DNA of 64,000 nt from Spirochaetes bacterium ADurb.Bin218 (lineage in GTDB: Bacteria > Spirochaetota > UBA4802 > UBA5550). Below the pieces are notes generated by a model that saw nothing but the letters and a program-made list of their open reading frames with translations, did no database searches and was not told the origin of the DNA. The stretch is taken from NCBI GenBank assembly GCA_002069965.1, contig MWCI01000011.1, positions 2,285 through 66,284 on the forward strand. Direction: 5' to 3'. A program made the translations under genes and the position numbers. Below are positions 47,704 through 56,416 of the stretch, piece by piece. The first letter of the stretch is position 1. The number at the start of each line of letters is the position of its first letter.

Positions 47704-48612
47704 TTGAGTAAAATATTAGCAATAATAGGACCAACGGCAACAGGTAAGAGTGATCTTGCTGGGGAAATTGCAGAGGATATTTTTGAGATTATCTCTGCTG
47801 ATTCTGTTCAGGTCTATAGATATATGGATATTGGCAGCTCCAAGCCAGATAAAGCTCTTCTGGAGCGAGTGAGGCATCATCTAATAGATATAGTTGATCC
47901 TGATTATCAGTTTACTGCTGGGGAGTTTTGCCAGAGATGTGTAAGCGCCTGCTCTGATATAGAGGATAGAGGGAAAATCCCTTTAATTGTAGGGGGCACG
48001 GGTCTATATATAAGCTCTTATTTTTTTGGCTTATCTCAAATTCCAGAAATAGATAAGTCTATCAAATTGCAGCTTATGAAGGAGGCCAATGAGAGGGGGC
48101 TTGAAAGCCTCTATGAAGAGTTACAACGAGTTGATGAAATCTTTGCCAGGAATGTCCACAAAAATGACAGGCAGAGAATAGTAAGAGGGCTTGAGGTATA
48201 CAGAGGAACAGGTAAGCCAATTTCCTCTTTTTATAGTGAAAAGGCAGTTAATGTAAATTCAGATGTGTTGATAATAGGCCTTGAGGCTCACAGAGATATT
48301 CTCAAATTAAGGATTGAGTCAAGGGTTGACTTAATGATAAAGAAAGGGCTTGTGGATGAGGTTTATGCTTTGAGAGAAAGAGGCTATGGGTCTCATTTAA
48401 ATTCCATGAGATCAATTGGCTATGGTGAAATAAATGATTATATTGATGGCAAGTATACTCTTGATGAGGCCATTGAGAAGATAAAGGTTAATACAAAAAG
48501 GTATGCTAAAAAGCAGATGACCTGGTTTAAGAGAATAAGAGAAGTCATCTGGCTTGATTTTAATGAAAGAGATAAAATAAAAGAAAAAATAAAAATCTGG
48601 CTAAAAATTTAG
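47704..48612 (+). CDS. miaA: tRNA dimethylallyltransferase MiaA
   Basis: IIGPTATGKS P-loop, SADSVQVYRYMDIGSSKP; TTG start. Confidence 0.9.
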   Translation: MSKILAIIGPTATGKSDLAGEIAEDIFEIISADSVQVYRYMDIGSSKPDKALLERVRHHLIDIVDPDYQFTAGEFCQRCVSACSDIEDRGKIPLIVGGTGLYISSYFFGLSQIPEIDKSIKLQLMKEANERGLESLYEELQRVDEIFARNVHKNDRQRIVRGLEVYRGTGKPISSFYSEKAVNVNSDVLIIGLEAHRDILKLRIESRVDLMIKKGLVDEVYALRERGYGSHLNSMRSIGYGEINDYIDGKYTLDEAIEKIKVNTKRYAKKQMTWFKRIREVIWLDFNERDKIKEKIKIWLKI

Positions 48613-48624
48613 AGAGGGTTATTT

Positions 48625-48861
48625 ATGAGTAAGCAGGTTAACAATCTTCAAGATGTTTTCTTGAATTTTGCAAGGAAAAACAAAACAGAAATAACAGTTT
48701 TTCTTGTAAATGGAGTCCCAATTAAAGGTAGGGTTGTAAGCTTTGATAATTTTACCATATTGCTTGAGGTTGATAAAAAGCAGAATTTGATTTATAAGCA
48801 TGCTATTTCAACAATGGTTCCAAGCAAGCTGATTCCTTTCAAGGAAGAAGATGACGATTGA
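48625..48861 (+). CDS. hfq: RNA chaperone Hfq
   Basis: Sm1/Sm2 pattern LQDVFLN...[24 protein letters not shown]...IYKHAIST in the miaA-hfq order. Confidence 0.9.
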   Translation: MSKQVNNLQDVFLNFARKNKTEITVFLVNGVPIKGRVVSFDNFTILLEVDKKQNLIYKHAISTMVPSKLIPFKEEDDD

Positions 48862-48887
48862 TAATTTAATTTTTAAAGAGCGTAACT

Positions 48888-49772
48888 ATGAAAGAGATTA
48901 TTAAGCTTTTGATCAAAGTGCTGTTTGTTTCTGCACTGATATATCTTATGGCTTTTTCCATATATCTTCGCAAGGAAGATGAATTTTTACTCCTTAAAGA
49001 TACAAATGGCAAGGTAATCTCTGTATTCAAAGGCAGGATAAATTTTATAAGAGAGGGCTGCCTGCCATGGAAGTATTCTGTGGAGAGGAGATCGCTTAAG
49101 AGTTCATTTTTTAGTAGTATCATTTTAACCATACCATCATTAAATTTGTTAGGAGAGGATACCTATTCAATAAAGATTCCTGTTGAGGTTGCTTATCGTA
49201 TTGATATTGATAAATTTAACAATTTTTCAGCAATCTCCACTACTGATAGCCTTGAAAGATTCATACTCTCTGTAGCAGAAAATCTTTTGTCTGTTATTCT
49301 TCACGATATGCTTTCTTCCTATGAACAGGAAAAATTCCTTAGAAACGAAGGCATTTTTAATGCCTCAGTTGCACCTGAGGTCAAAAAGCGTCTCTCTTCT
49401 ATTGGTATAGAATCTGATAAATTTGAGTTTATTTTGCCAGGATATTTTCCTGATAATAAACTCATTGCTGAGGCCATTCAAAAGACAAAAGAGATCAGAG
49501 ATATAAATTTTAATATAAAAAAGCAGGAGATTCTGCTTAAAAGGGAAGCTCTTAAAGAAAGGGGAGATTTTGAATTTTATTATGAAAAATTATTAAAGAT
49601 TTCTTCGTTAATAAAAGACAATCCTAACATTTTAAAATATATTTATATTGACAAATTAGGTGGCAATATAAAAGTAATAATATCATCTGATAAGACAGGA
49701 CTTCCTTCTATGTTTGGGGATTTATCGGAGAGTAATTCATCTGTCAAAGGTGATATAGACAATTTAAGATAA
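48888..49772 (+). CDS. N-terminally anchored protein, possibly SPFH/band-7-like
   Basis: One N-terminal TM helix and a C-terminal coiled-coil region. The SPFH assignment is weak, based on overall pattern and position after hfq. Confidence 0.3.
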   Translation: MKEIIKLLIKVLFVSALIYLMAFSIYLRKEDEFLLLKDTNGKVISVFKGRINFIREGCLPWKYSVERRSLKSSFFSSIILTIPSLNLLGEDTYSIKIPVEVAYRIDIDKFNNFSAISTTDSLERFILSVAENLLSVILHDMLSSYEQEKFLRNEGIFNASVAPEVKKRLSSIGIESDKFEFILPGYFPDNKLIAEAIQKTKEIRDINFNIKKQEILLKREALKERGDFEFYYEKLLKISSLIKDNPNILKYIYIDKLGGNIKVIISSDKTGLPSMFGDLSESNSSVKGDIDNLR

Positions 49773-49802
49773 TGATATAATGATTAAAATAAGGAGTTAA
49801 AT

Positions 49803-49895
49803 ATGCCCTGCGGTAGAAAGAGAAAGAGAAGAAAGATCGCAAATCATAAAAGAAAGAAAAGAAGAAGACTTAATCGTCATAAGAAAAAAATCTGA
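49803..49895 (+). CDS. 30-aa Arg/Lys-rich protein, bS22-like (AURKAIP1/COX24-like)
   Basis: MPCGRKRKRRKIANHKRKKRRRLNRHKKKI. AGGAG (49792-49796) lies 6 nt before the ATG. Below the ORF-track size cut-off. Confidence 0.55.
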   Translation: MPCGRKRKRRKIANHKRKKRRRLNRHKKKI

Positions 49896-49910
49896 TGCAG
49901 GTGAAAGAGA

Positions 49911-50687
49911 TTGGTAAAAAGCCAATCTCTTTTGGTATTAAAGCAAAACTTTTATCAAATTGCTATTGCAAGGATGGTTTATATGTATGGCGGAGGTGGG
50001 CTTTCATGGAAGCGAAGACCCTCTGAGATCAGGGGATATGAGAGAGCAATGTATGCAACTCTGGGCAATGGGGATTATATTCGAGTGGATTATAACCTGA
50101 CAGAGGGTAGAGTACGGCTTTTTGTTGAGGTCAGTGAGGAGAAGAATTCATCTTATTATGCTGTGATTTCTGGTGGGAAGATTATTACAGAGAGAAATAA
50201 CAGTGGAAGAACCATAGGTGTTGCAAAGGTTATATCTGACAGAGCTGATGAGTTTTCTACTCTCCCCAATAAGGAAGTTTTAAGACTCATCAATAAAAAT
50301 TATGGAATAATCCCTGGTGAAGAATCAGAAAAAATAGCAAAGGAAGAGGAGAAAAAAAAGCAGCGTCGCGTTGTTAAGCAGCGCTACTTTAAAGATGAAA
50401 ATGACAATCTGGAATCGCCCTATTATTCAGACTCTGCAACTGTTACCTCTAAAAGACGCATTAATTTTTTAGATCTGCTGGATTTTTTTGTGGGACTTTC
50501 TTTGGGTGGCCTTTCGTTTTTTATGTCTCAATACAATTTTTTTGTTCTTGGCGCCTGTCTTGTTTTCTGGGGGATACTGCTGGGTATACTTGATATTTTT
50601 ATAAGGGAAAGAGAGCCAGTCTTTATAAAGATTTTGCTTTTCCTTGTTTCTGGGACTGCTATATATCTCTATGAATATTTTATCTAA
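49911..50687 (+). CDS. hypothetical protein, soluble N-domain plus C-terminal TM helices
   Basis: Long ORF with hydrophobic C-terminal segments. The true start may be ATG 49974 or 49983. Confidence 0.4.
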   Translation: MVKSQSLLVLKQNFYQIAIARMVYMYGGGGLSWKRRPSEIRGYERAMYATLGNGDYIRVDYNLTEGRVRLFVEVSEEKNSSYYAVISGGKIITERNNSGRTIGVAKVISDRADEFSTLPNKEVLRLINKNYGIIPGEESEKIAKEEEKKKQRRVVKQRYFKDENDNLESPYYSDSATVTSKRRINFLDLLDFFVGLSLGGLSFFMSQYNFFVLGACLVFWGILLGILDIFIREREPVFIKILLFLVSGTAIYLYEYFI

Positions 50688-50760
50688 AGAGTCAGAGTCT
50701 AAAAAATACTCTCTTAATATGGCAAATGTTTATAAATTTTTATAATATTTGCTTTTTTTC

Positions 50761-50790
50761 TTGAAAAGAAAGGCTTGTTTTTGTTATATT
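50761..50790 (+). promoter_or_regulatory. candidate sigma-70 promoter for the orphan cheW
   Basis: TTGAAA (50761-50766), 18-nt spacer, TATATT (50785-50790). It lies inside the track's N-terminal extension, which supports ATG 50818. Confidence 0.4.
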
Positions 50791-50817
50791 AATTTAAAAA
50801 TAGACAGGGATTGTGCT

Positions 50818-51279
50818 ATGCATCAGAAAACTCAGGAAGTTATAAATTCAATACAGATTGTATGCTTTAAAATAGGTAATGAGGAATATGGTATTGATAT
50901 ATTGCAGGTGCAAGAGATTTTAAAGATTCCTAAGGTTACAAAACTTCCTAAGTCAAGCAATCATGTTCTTGGGGTAATTGATCTCCGTGGAAGAGTGATT
51001 CCTATAATAGATCTTGGCAAAAAGTTTGGAATTGTTTCAAATTTAAGTCAGGCCAGCAGAGCAATAGTTGTGAATATAGAGGGCAAGCAAATTGGCCTTG
51101 CAATTGATTCTGTAAGTCATGTAGTAAAGGTCGATTCCACAGAAATTGAGCCTCCTCCACCAGTGGTAAAGGGAATTTCTGGGAAGTATATTGTCGGCAT
51201 AGCAAAGCTTAAGACTGGCTTTGTAGTTATTCTGGACATAAATCAAATCTTTTCCTCTGAAGAGATTAAGTCATTGTAA
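50818..51279 (+). CDS. cheW: chemotaxis coupling protein CheW (orphan copy)
   Basis: 153 aa; QIVCFKIGNEEYGIDILQVQEI...VLGVIDLRGRVIPIIDL is the CheW pattern. Confidence 0.9.
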   Translation: MHQKTQEVINSIQIVCFKIGNEEYGIDILQVQEILKIPKVTKLPKSSNHVLGVIDLRGRVIPIIDLGKKFGIVSNLSQASRAIVVNIEGKQIGLAIDSVSHVVKVDSTEIEPPPPVVKGISGKYIVGIAKLKTGFVVILDINQIFSSEEIKSL

Positions 51280-51300
51280 AAAAGTATTTTAGATTATACC

Positions 51301-52470
51301 TTAGAATGCAGCAATAAGTATTGTTTCTATTTCACTTTTTGAAAGCATTCTTGGGGTGTTGCGTATAAAAGGGTAGGAAGTGGCAATGTTTGCAATATCA
51401 CGGAATTGTCCCTGGCCTATATTAAAACTTGATAGCCTCTGAGGGAAATCAATATCTATTTCAAGCTTTCTTACTGCTTCCACAGCTTTAATTGCAGCCT
51501 CAATAACTGTAATATCTCTAACATCCTCACCCATAACCTTTGACATCTGAACATATTTTCCAGGGGAGGTTGTTAGATTAAACTCCATTATATGTGGTAT
51601 AATAAGTCCTATGGCTGTATCAACATCAAGGGAGCTTTTTGATGACAGTGCAAGAGCTATAGCCAGAGAAACGCAAAGGAAAGCCACAGAAAAGGAGATT
51701 CCGGACATAACTGAGGCTGTGGATAGATTATTTCTGTGAATTATATTATTGGGATCTTTGTAAAATGATGGCAGATTTCTAAATATTAAGTCAATGGATT
51801 TAAGGGCATAGGTATTTATTACATCATTATTCATTGTTGATATTACAGATTCAGTAGAAAGTGCAAGGGAGCTAAGAGCTGTTTTTAGAATTTTTTCTGA
51901 TTGAGCCAGAAATGTAAGCTCTGAATCCACAATAGTTGCCTTGGGATAGAGGTTAAGATTATAGTATACCTGATATGTTAGATCTTCTATATCTCGCAAA
52001 TAAAATATTGGGGCAATTTCAAAACCAAAAGAGGGGTATGCAGGGATTGTAATTAGATTTATAGGAGGTTTGATTGTCTCGCCCTTTTTGATTAAATCAT
52101 AACAAAAGAGATAATTTGTGCATAAAATAGCAATAGCCTTTGCTGCATTTATGGAATTGACTCCGCCAAAGCCTATGAGTGCATCGCATTTTGTCTTTTT
52201 TATAAATGTAACAGCATTATCAATATCCTCAGTGGTTGGATCTCCTGGCAATTCATCGTAGATTATGCAGCCCATATTGGAATTTTTAAAATATGAATAG
52301 AGTTCTGCCAGACGTTCCTGGTAAATCTCAAAATCAGCAGCAGTAGTAATAACAACAGTTCTCTTCCCAAATCTACTTATTATATCAGAAGAGTTTTTAC
52401 TTATACCTGGTCTTATATAGATCTCTGTTGGTAAATGGAATTCAGGTTGTATTTTTCTGTCCAAAATCAC
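51301..52470 (-). CDS. iron-containing alcohol dehydrogenase-fold protein, apparently lacking metal ligands
   Basis: 389 aa. DALIGFGGVNSINAAKAIA aligns with the GGGS-x2-D-x2-K motif and LIIPHIMEFN with the LP-x-V-x2-FN region. The expected Asp/His ligand positions are substituted in my by-eye alignment. Confidence 0.6.
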   Translation of the reverse strand: MILDRKIQPEFHLPTEIYIRPGISKNSSDIISRFGKRTVVITTAADFEIYQERLAELYSYFKNSNMGCIIYDELPGDPTTEDIDNAVTFIKKTKCDALIGFGGVNSINAAKAIAILCTNYLFCYDLIKKGETIKPPINLITIPAYPSFGFEIAPIFYLRDIEDLTYQVYYNLNLYPKATIVDSELTFLAQSEKILKTALSSLALSTESVISTMNNDVINTYALKSIDLIFRNLPSFYKDPNNIIHRNNLSTASVMSGISFSVAFLCVSLAIALALSSKSSLDVDTAIGLIIPHIMEFNLTTSPGKYVQMSKVMGEDVRDITVIEAAIKAVEAVRKLEIDIDFPQRLSSFNIGQGQFRDIANIATSYPFIRNTPRMLSKSEIETILIAAF

Positions 52471-52491
52471 TTCCTAAAAGTTGTTATTAAT

Positions 52492-52526
52492 AAAAAAAGC
52501 GGACATACCCACTATACCCGCTTTTC
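52492..52526 (-). terminator. rho-independent terminator downstream of flgM
   Basis: Minus strand reads AAAGCGG-(15 nt)-CCGCTTT followed by a T-run. Confidence 0.55.
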
Positions 52527-52549
52527 AACCCCTGCCATAGTTCTTAATC

Positions 52550-52840
52550 TTATCTTAAGAGAAAACTTGCAATCCTGTCTGCAACCATTTCCAGTATTTT
52601 ATGATCATTGAAATCGTATGTTCCATCATTGATTTTCTGCCTAATTTCTTTAACTCTCTCAGCTCTTATGTCTGGAGTTTCTTTTGCTATTTGAGAAAGT
52701 CTTGCAGTCTCTGCAGCTTGCTTACCTTCAGAGGAAATAGATATAGTATCTGCCTTGACTTCCTCTTTCTTTGAGTGAGCAGGTTTGCTTTTTTTAGTTT
52801 CGGATATATTTCCTATATTTCCAATCTTATCAATAACCAT
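52550..52840 (-). CDS. flgM: anti-sigma-28 factor FlgM
   Basis: C-terminal IRAERVKEIRQKINDGTYDFN is typical FlgM. The start is set at ATG 52840 (GAAGG 9 nt upstream) because the sigma-28 -10 box overlaps the track's ATG 52870. Confidence 0.8.
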   Translation of the reverse strand: MVIDKIGNIGNISETKKSKPAHSKKEEVKADTISISSEGKQAAETARLSQIAKETPDIRAERVKEIRQKINDGTYDFNDHKILEMVADRIASFLLR

Positions 52841-52869
52841 AATCTGCATCCTTCTATAATCTAATAACA

Positions 52870-52896
52870 TTATCGGTAAATTTTGTCAAATCTTTA
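52870..52896 (-). promoter_or_regulatory. sigma-28 (FliA) promoter of flgM
   Basis: Minus strand reads TAAA-N15-ACCGATAA against consensus TAAA-N15-GCCGATAA (11 of 12 positions). Confidence 0.7.
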
Positions 52897-52925
52897 ATTA
52901 AATATATTTAAGTTAGACTTTATTT

Positions 52926-54059
52926 TCAAAAATCTATCCCTATTCCACAATATATTATTTTTAAATCCATTGGTTCCATGGAATAAAAAATCCTTTTATA
53001 TAAAAATCCTCCTCTTATTATAAGGGAAGAAAGGTTTAGCTGCAAACCTGCATTTAATTCTCCTGAGGTGTCTCTGGATTTGACCTCCTGTAGAGGTGGG
53101 ATGAAGGGCATTTGTGCATTGTATATAATTTGAGTTTTGTTTGTCCCTGCGCCCATACAAAAGTATAGTGATATTAAATCAACAGGCTTTACTTGAAATT
53201 GAATAAAAGCCGTTGTCCCATATATGATAAAATCGCTGTGGTATGTAAGATTCCTGTCGTCATTATCTCCATGGAGATAATCCATTTTAAATCCAATGGA
53301 CACATAAGGGAATATGTCAAGGGATATGTAAGGTGAATAATATCTGCAATCATCAAGAACGTCGTTCCATGGGGAGTTGAATGTTCCTTTTCCATAATCA
53401 AATCCCACTGTGATGATTGACAGAGGTTTTTCCAGAAAGGCAAAAGGTGAATCCTTAGCTTTTTTTGTATCTTCTTTCCGTGGTTTTTCCTCTGTTTTAA
53501 CTGGTAATGGTTTTTCTGCTATGATGGCTTTTTGAGCATAATCTCTATCAATAATTGATTCAATCTGCGACGATAGCTCCTCTGTAGTTTTTAAGAGATA
53601 AATTCCTGTTTCATCTTGCTCAGAGAAGGCTGTTGCAATTTTTTTATTCTCTATGCTATATACATATATGGTAACAAAAAGAGTCTTTTCACTGATTTCA
53701 TAATCTCCATAGATTATATACTCTGGCAAAGCTTCTAAGTCTTTTAAATCTTTTTTGGATATCAAAGTCTCATTGTTTATGTCAAAATCCTGCGATATAT
53801 ATGTTCTGTTTCTTTTTATTGAATATTTTTCAGACTCAAGTAATTTTTTTGCAATTGTCTCTGCTATAATGTATGAGTAAGAATTATAATTTTTATTATC
53901 AGTTGTGGCTTCTTTGTCATAATTAAATTCGAGATTGTAAATAACAACTGAAGGCTTTGGCTCTTGAGCATATATAGTGTTAACATGAAAAAAAATTAAA
54001 AGAGCTATAAAGCACCCTTTTATGCTGTATCTTTTTATTATTGAATTTGAGTTTTTCAT
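52926..54059 (-). CDS. putative outer-membrane protein (signal peptide, soluble N-domain, C-terminal beta-barrel-like region ending in Phe)
   Basis: From ATG 54059: MKNSNSIIKRYSIKGCFIALLIFFHVNTIYA|QE signal peptide. Alternating-hydrophobic C-terminal strands end in GIGIDF. The longer track ORF (to 54173) would bury the signal peptide. Confidence 0.45.
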   Translation of the reverse strand: MKNSNSIIKRYSIKGCFIALLIFFHVNTIYAQEPKPSVVIYNLEFNYDKEATTDNKNYNSYSYIIAETIAKKLLESEKYSIKRNRTYISQDFDINNETLISKKDLKDLEALPEYIIYGDYEISEKTLFVTIYVYSIENKKIATAFSEQDETGIYLLKTTEELSSQIESIIDRDYAQKAIIAEKPLPVKTEEKPRKEDTKKAKDSPFAFLEKPLSIITVGFDYGKGTFNSPWNDVLDDCRYYSPYISLDIFPYVSIGFKMDYLHGDNDDRNLTYHSDFIIYGTTAFIQFQVKPVDLISLYFCMGAGTNKTQIIYNAQMPFIPPLQEVKSRDTSGELNAGLQLNLSSLIIRGGFLYKRIFYSMEPMDLKIIYCGIGIDF

Positions 54060-54169
54060 CTGTAATATTACAATCTCATTGATTATTGTTTTTATCGTCA
54101 AAATTTCTGTGCAATTTAAGAAATAAAAGATTCTATAACTGCACAGAAATTTGTCAGTTCCGTTAAACT

Positions 54170-55357
54170 TCATGTAGAATATTCAGCATTGATTTTCACA
54201 TAATCAAAGGAGAGATCTGATGTCCACATGATTGACTCTCCATTGCCAAGTCCAACATCAATTGTTATTGTATAATTTCTTCTTTTTAATACGCTTTCAA
54301 GTTCTTTTAGGTCCTGTTCTGTGGGAGATCCTTTCACAAAAAGAGGTATATCTTCAACATATACAGAAAGAGTGGATTCATTTATATCTGCACCTGAATA
54401 TCCTGCAGCGCATACAATTCTGCCCCAGTTTGGGTCATTCCCAAAGATTGCAGTTTTTACAAGGAGGGATTGTGATACAGCTCTTGCAATTTTGTCAGCA
54501 TCATCATCTGTTGCAGCACCAATTGTCCTGATCTTAACACTTTTTGTTGCTCCCTCTGCATCATATACAATGAGTTGTGCTAAGGAGTCAAGAACAAAGA
54601 GAAGAGCCTCTTCAAAATCAGCCAGTTGATCTTCTTTAAATGGGGAAGGGAAATCTGGGGAGAGTATAATTGCACTGTCGTTGGTGGACATATCTCCATC
54701 AATTGTTATTGAGTTGAAGGTCTTTTTGATAAATTTGCGAAAAGTGTAATCAAGGTAATTCTTTTCAATAGGAGCATCAGTTAAGATAAAGGAAAGCAAT
54801 GTAGCCATGTTTGGTGCTATCATCCCTGCACCCTTTGCAATCCCTGCTATGTAAAATTTTTCTCCATTTACAGTAAAGGATGCAGCAACCTCTTTTGGTA
54901 TAGTGTCTGTTGTCATTATTGCTCTTGCCATTGCCTGGCCATTATTTCTATCAAGATTTGCTATAAGTTCATCATGGGATGAAAGCATTTTTTCATAGGG
55001 CAGTTGCCTGCCGATTATTCCCGTGGAGGCCATTAGCACAGATTCAGGAGAGACTCCAATTCTTTTTGCTATATCCTCTGTAAGTCCCTTTGCATTTTGT
55101 AGCCCCTCATGACCTGTGCAGGCGTTGGCATTGGTTGAGTTTATTAGAATTGCCTTTATTTTATTGTTTATTCTTTCCCTACAAAGTTTTACAGGGGCAG
55201 CTGTTATTTTATTTGTGGTAAAAACCCCTACTGCATTGCAAAGGCTATCACTTAGTATAAGGGAATAATCAATTCGATCAGAGTATCTGATGCCGCATTT
55301 TATTGCAGAGAATGTAAATCCCCTGACATTTTCAAGTCCACCTGATATTTTATCCAT
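54170..55357 (-). CDS. argJ: bifunctional glutamate N-acetyltransferase / amino-acid acetyltransferase ArgJ
   Basis: 395 aa; autoprocessing region PNMATLLSFILTDA. Confidence 0.95.
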   Translation of the reverse strand: MDKISGGLENVRGFTFSAIKCGIRYSDRIDYSLILSDSLCNAVGVFTTNKITAAPVKLCRERINNKIKAILINSTNANACTGHEGLQNAKGLTEDIAKRIGVSPESVLMASTGIIGRQLPYEKMLSSHDELIANLDRNNGQAMARAIMTTDTIPKEVAASFTVNGEKFYIAGIAKGAGMIAPNMATLLSFILTDAPIEKNYLDYTFRKFIKKTFNSITIDGDMSTNDSAIILSPDFPSPFKEDQLADFEEALLFVLDSLAQLIVYDAEGATKSVKIRTIGAATDDDADKIARAVSQSLLVKTAIFGNDPNWGRIVCAAGYSGADINESTLSVYVEDIPLFVKGSPTEQDLKELESVLKRRNYTITIDVGLGNGESIMWTSDLSFDYVKINAEYST

Positions 55358-55427
55358 AGAATTAACCTTAAATTGTGAAAATTTTTTCGTATTTTTTATT
55401 AAAAGCCCTCTGGATCAAGAAATATTT

Positions 55428-55456
55428 TTGACTTATTTTAAATATTAGGATATTAT
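55428..55456 (+). promoter_or_regulatory. candidate sigma-70 promoter for the STAS gene
   Basis: TTGACT (55428-55433), 17-nt spacer, TATTAT (55451-55456). AT-rich context. Confidence 0.35.
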
Positions 55457-55540
55457 TCTTTTAAAGCCATAAATTATTTGAGTTTTAAATAAAAAATATA
55501 TTGAAAAAATAGCTTTAATAATATAGAGGTATCATTTATA

Positions 55541-55900
55541 ATGATAGATAAGTCCAGGTATATAAAAGAAGTGGAAATCGAAGAGAAAGATAAAGTTATA
55601 ATTATTGCTCTCCCAAAATATTTTTATATAGGCAATATTGTTGAGGTTGAGCAGACCTGGGATCAGGTTCTTAAAAAAGAGCCAACTGTAATAGGTTTTA
55701 ATTGCCAGAATCTTGAATTTATAGATTCTTCTGCCATAGGGACCTTGGTTAAGTTTTTTAATACCTCTGTAAAAAATAGCATTGAAATGTATGTCTTTGG
55801 TCTCAGTTCGGAACTAATTAAGATATTTGAAACTACAAAAATAAATAGAATAATGTCTGTAATAGAAAAAGACGAGTTTTACAAAAAATTTATCCGATAA
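55541..55900 (+). CDS. STAS-domain anti-sigma-factor antagonist
   Basis: 119 aa; retains the phosphorylatable-serine motif context FIDSSAIGTL. Confidence 0.75.
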   Translation: MIDKSRYIKEVEIEEKDKVIIIALPKYFYIGNIVEVEQTWDQVLKKEPTVIGFNCQNLEFIDSSAIGTLVKFFNTSVKNSIEMYVFGLSSELIKIFETTKINRIMSVIEKDEFYKKFIR

Positions 55901-55942
55901 TATATCAGTGAAGTAATAACGTAGTTGACCAGAAAGGATGTA

Positions 55943-56416
55943 ATGAAAAGGTTCTTCTGTTGTATAATATTTTTGTCTTTATTTAGTATTTTTTTATCAT
56001 CCTGTGCTACCACAGGTAGGTCCTCTGTATCTTATCTTGTTCATGGCCCAAAGAGATATTCCATTGTCAAAACAGCTGAAAGGTATGTTGGAGTTAGGTA
56101 TAAATATGGTGGAACCACTCCAGAGGGCTTTGATTGCTCTGGCTATTCAAGCTATGTCTACAAGATAAATGGCTTTACTTTGCCACATTCTGCTCAGCAG
56201 CAATATGCCAAAGGCAGGAGAGTCCCCATAAAGAAGGCCAAACCTGGTGATCTGGTATTTTTTAGAATTTCAGGTTGGAAAATTTCCCATGTTGGAATAT
56301 ACCTTGGAGATTATAAATTTATTCATGCGCCAAGCAGGGGAAAGAGAGTATGCTATGATGATATCCGAAAGGACTATTGGCGTAAACGCTATGCAGGGAC
56401 TGTGACCTACTTCTGA
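55943..56416 (+). CDS. NlpC/P60 (C40) peptidoglycan peptidase lipoprotein
   Basis: Lipobox LSSC, catalytic Cys FDCSGYSSYVY, His HVGIYLG...FIHA. Confidence 0.85.
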   Translation: MKRFFCCIIFLSLFSIFLSSCATTGRSSVSYLVHGPKRYSIVKTAERYVGVRYKYGGTTPEGFDCSGYSSYVYKINGFTLPHSAQQQYAKGRRVPIKKAKPGDLVFFRISGWKISHVGIYLGDYKFIHAPSRGKRVCYDDIRKDYWRKRYAGTVTYF

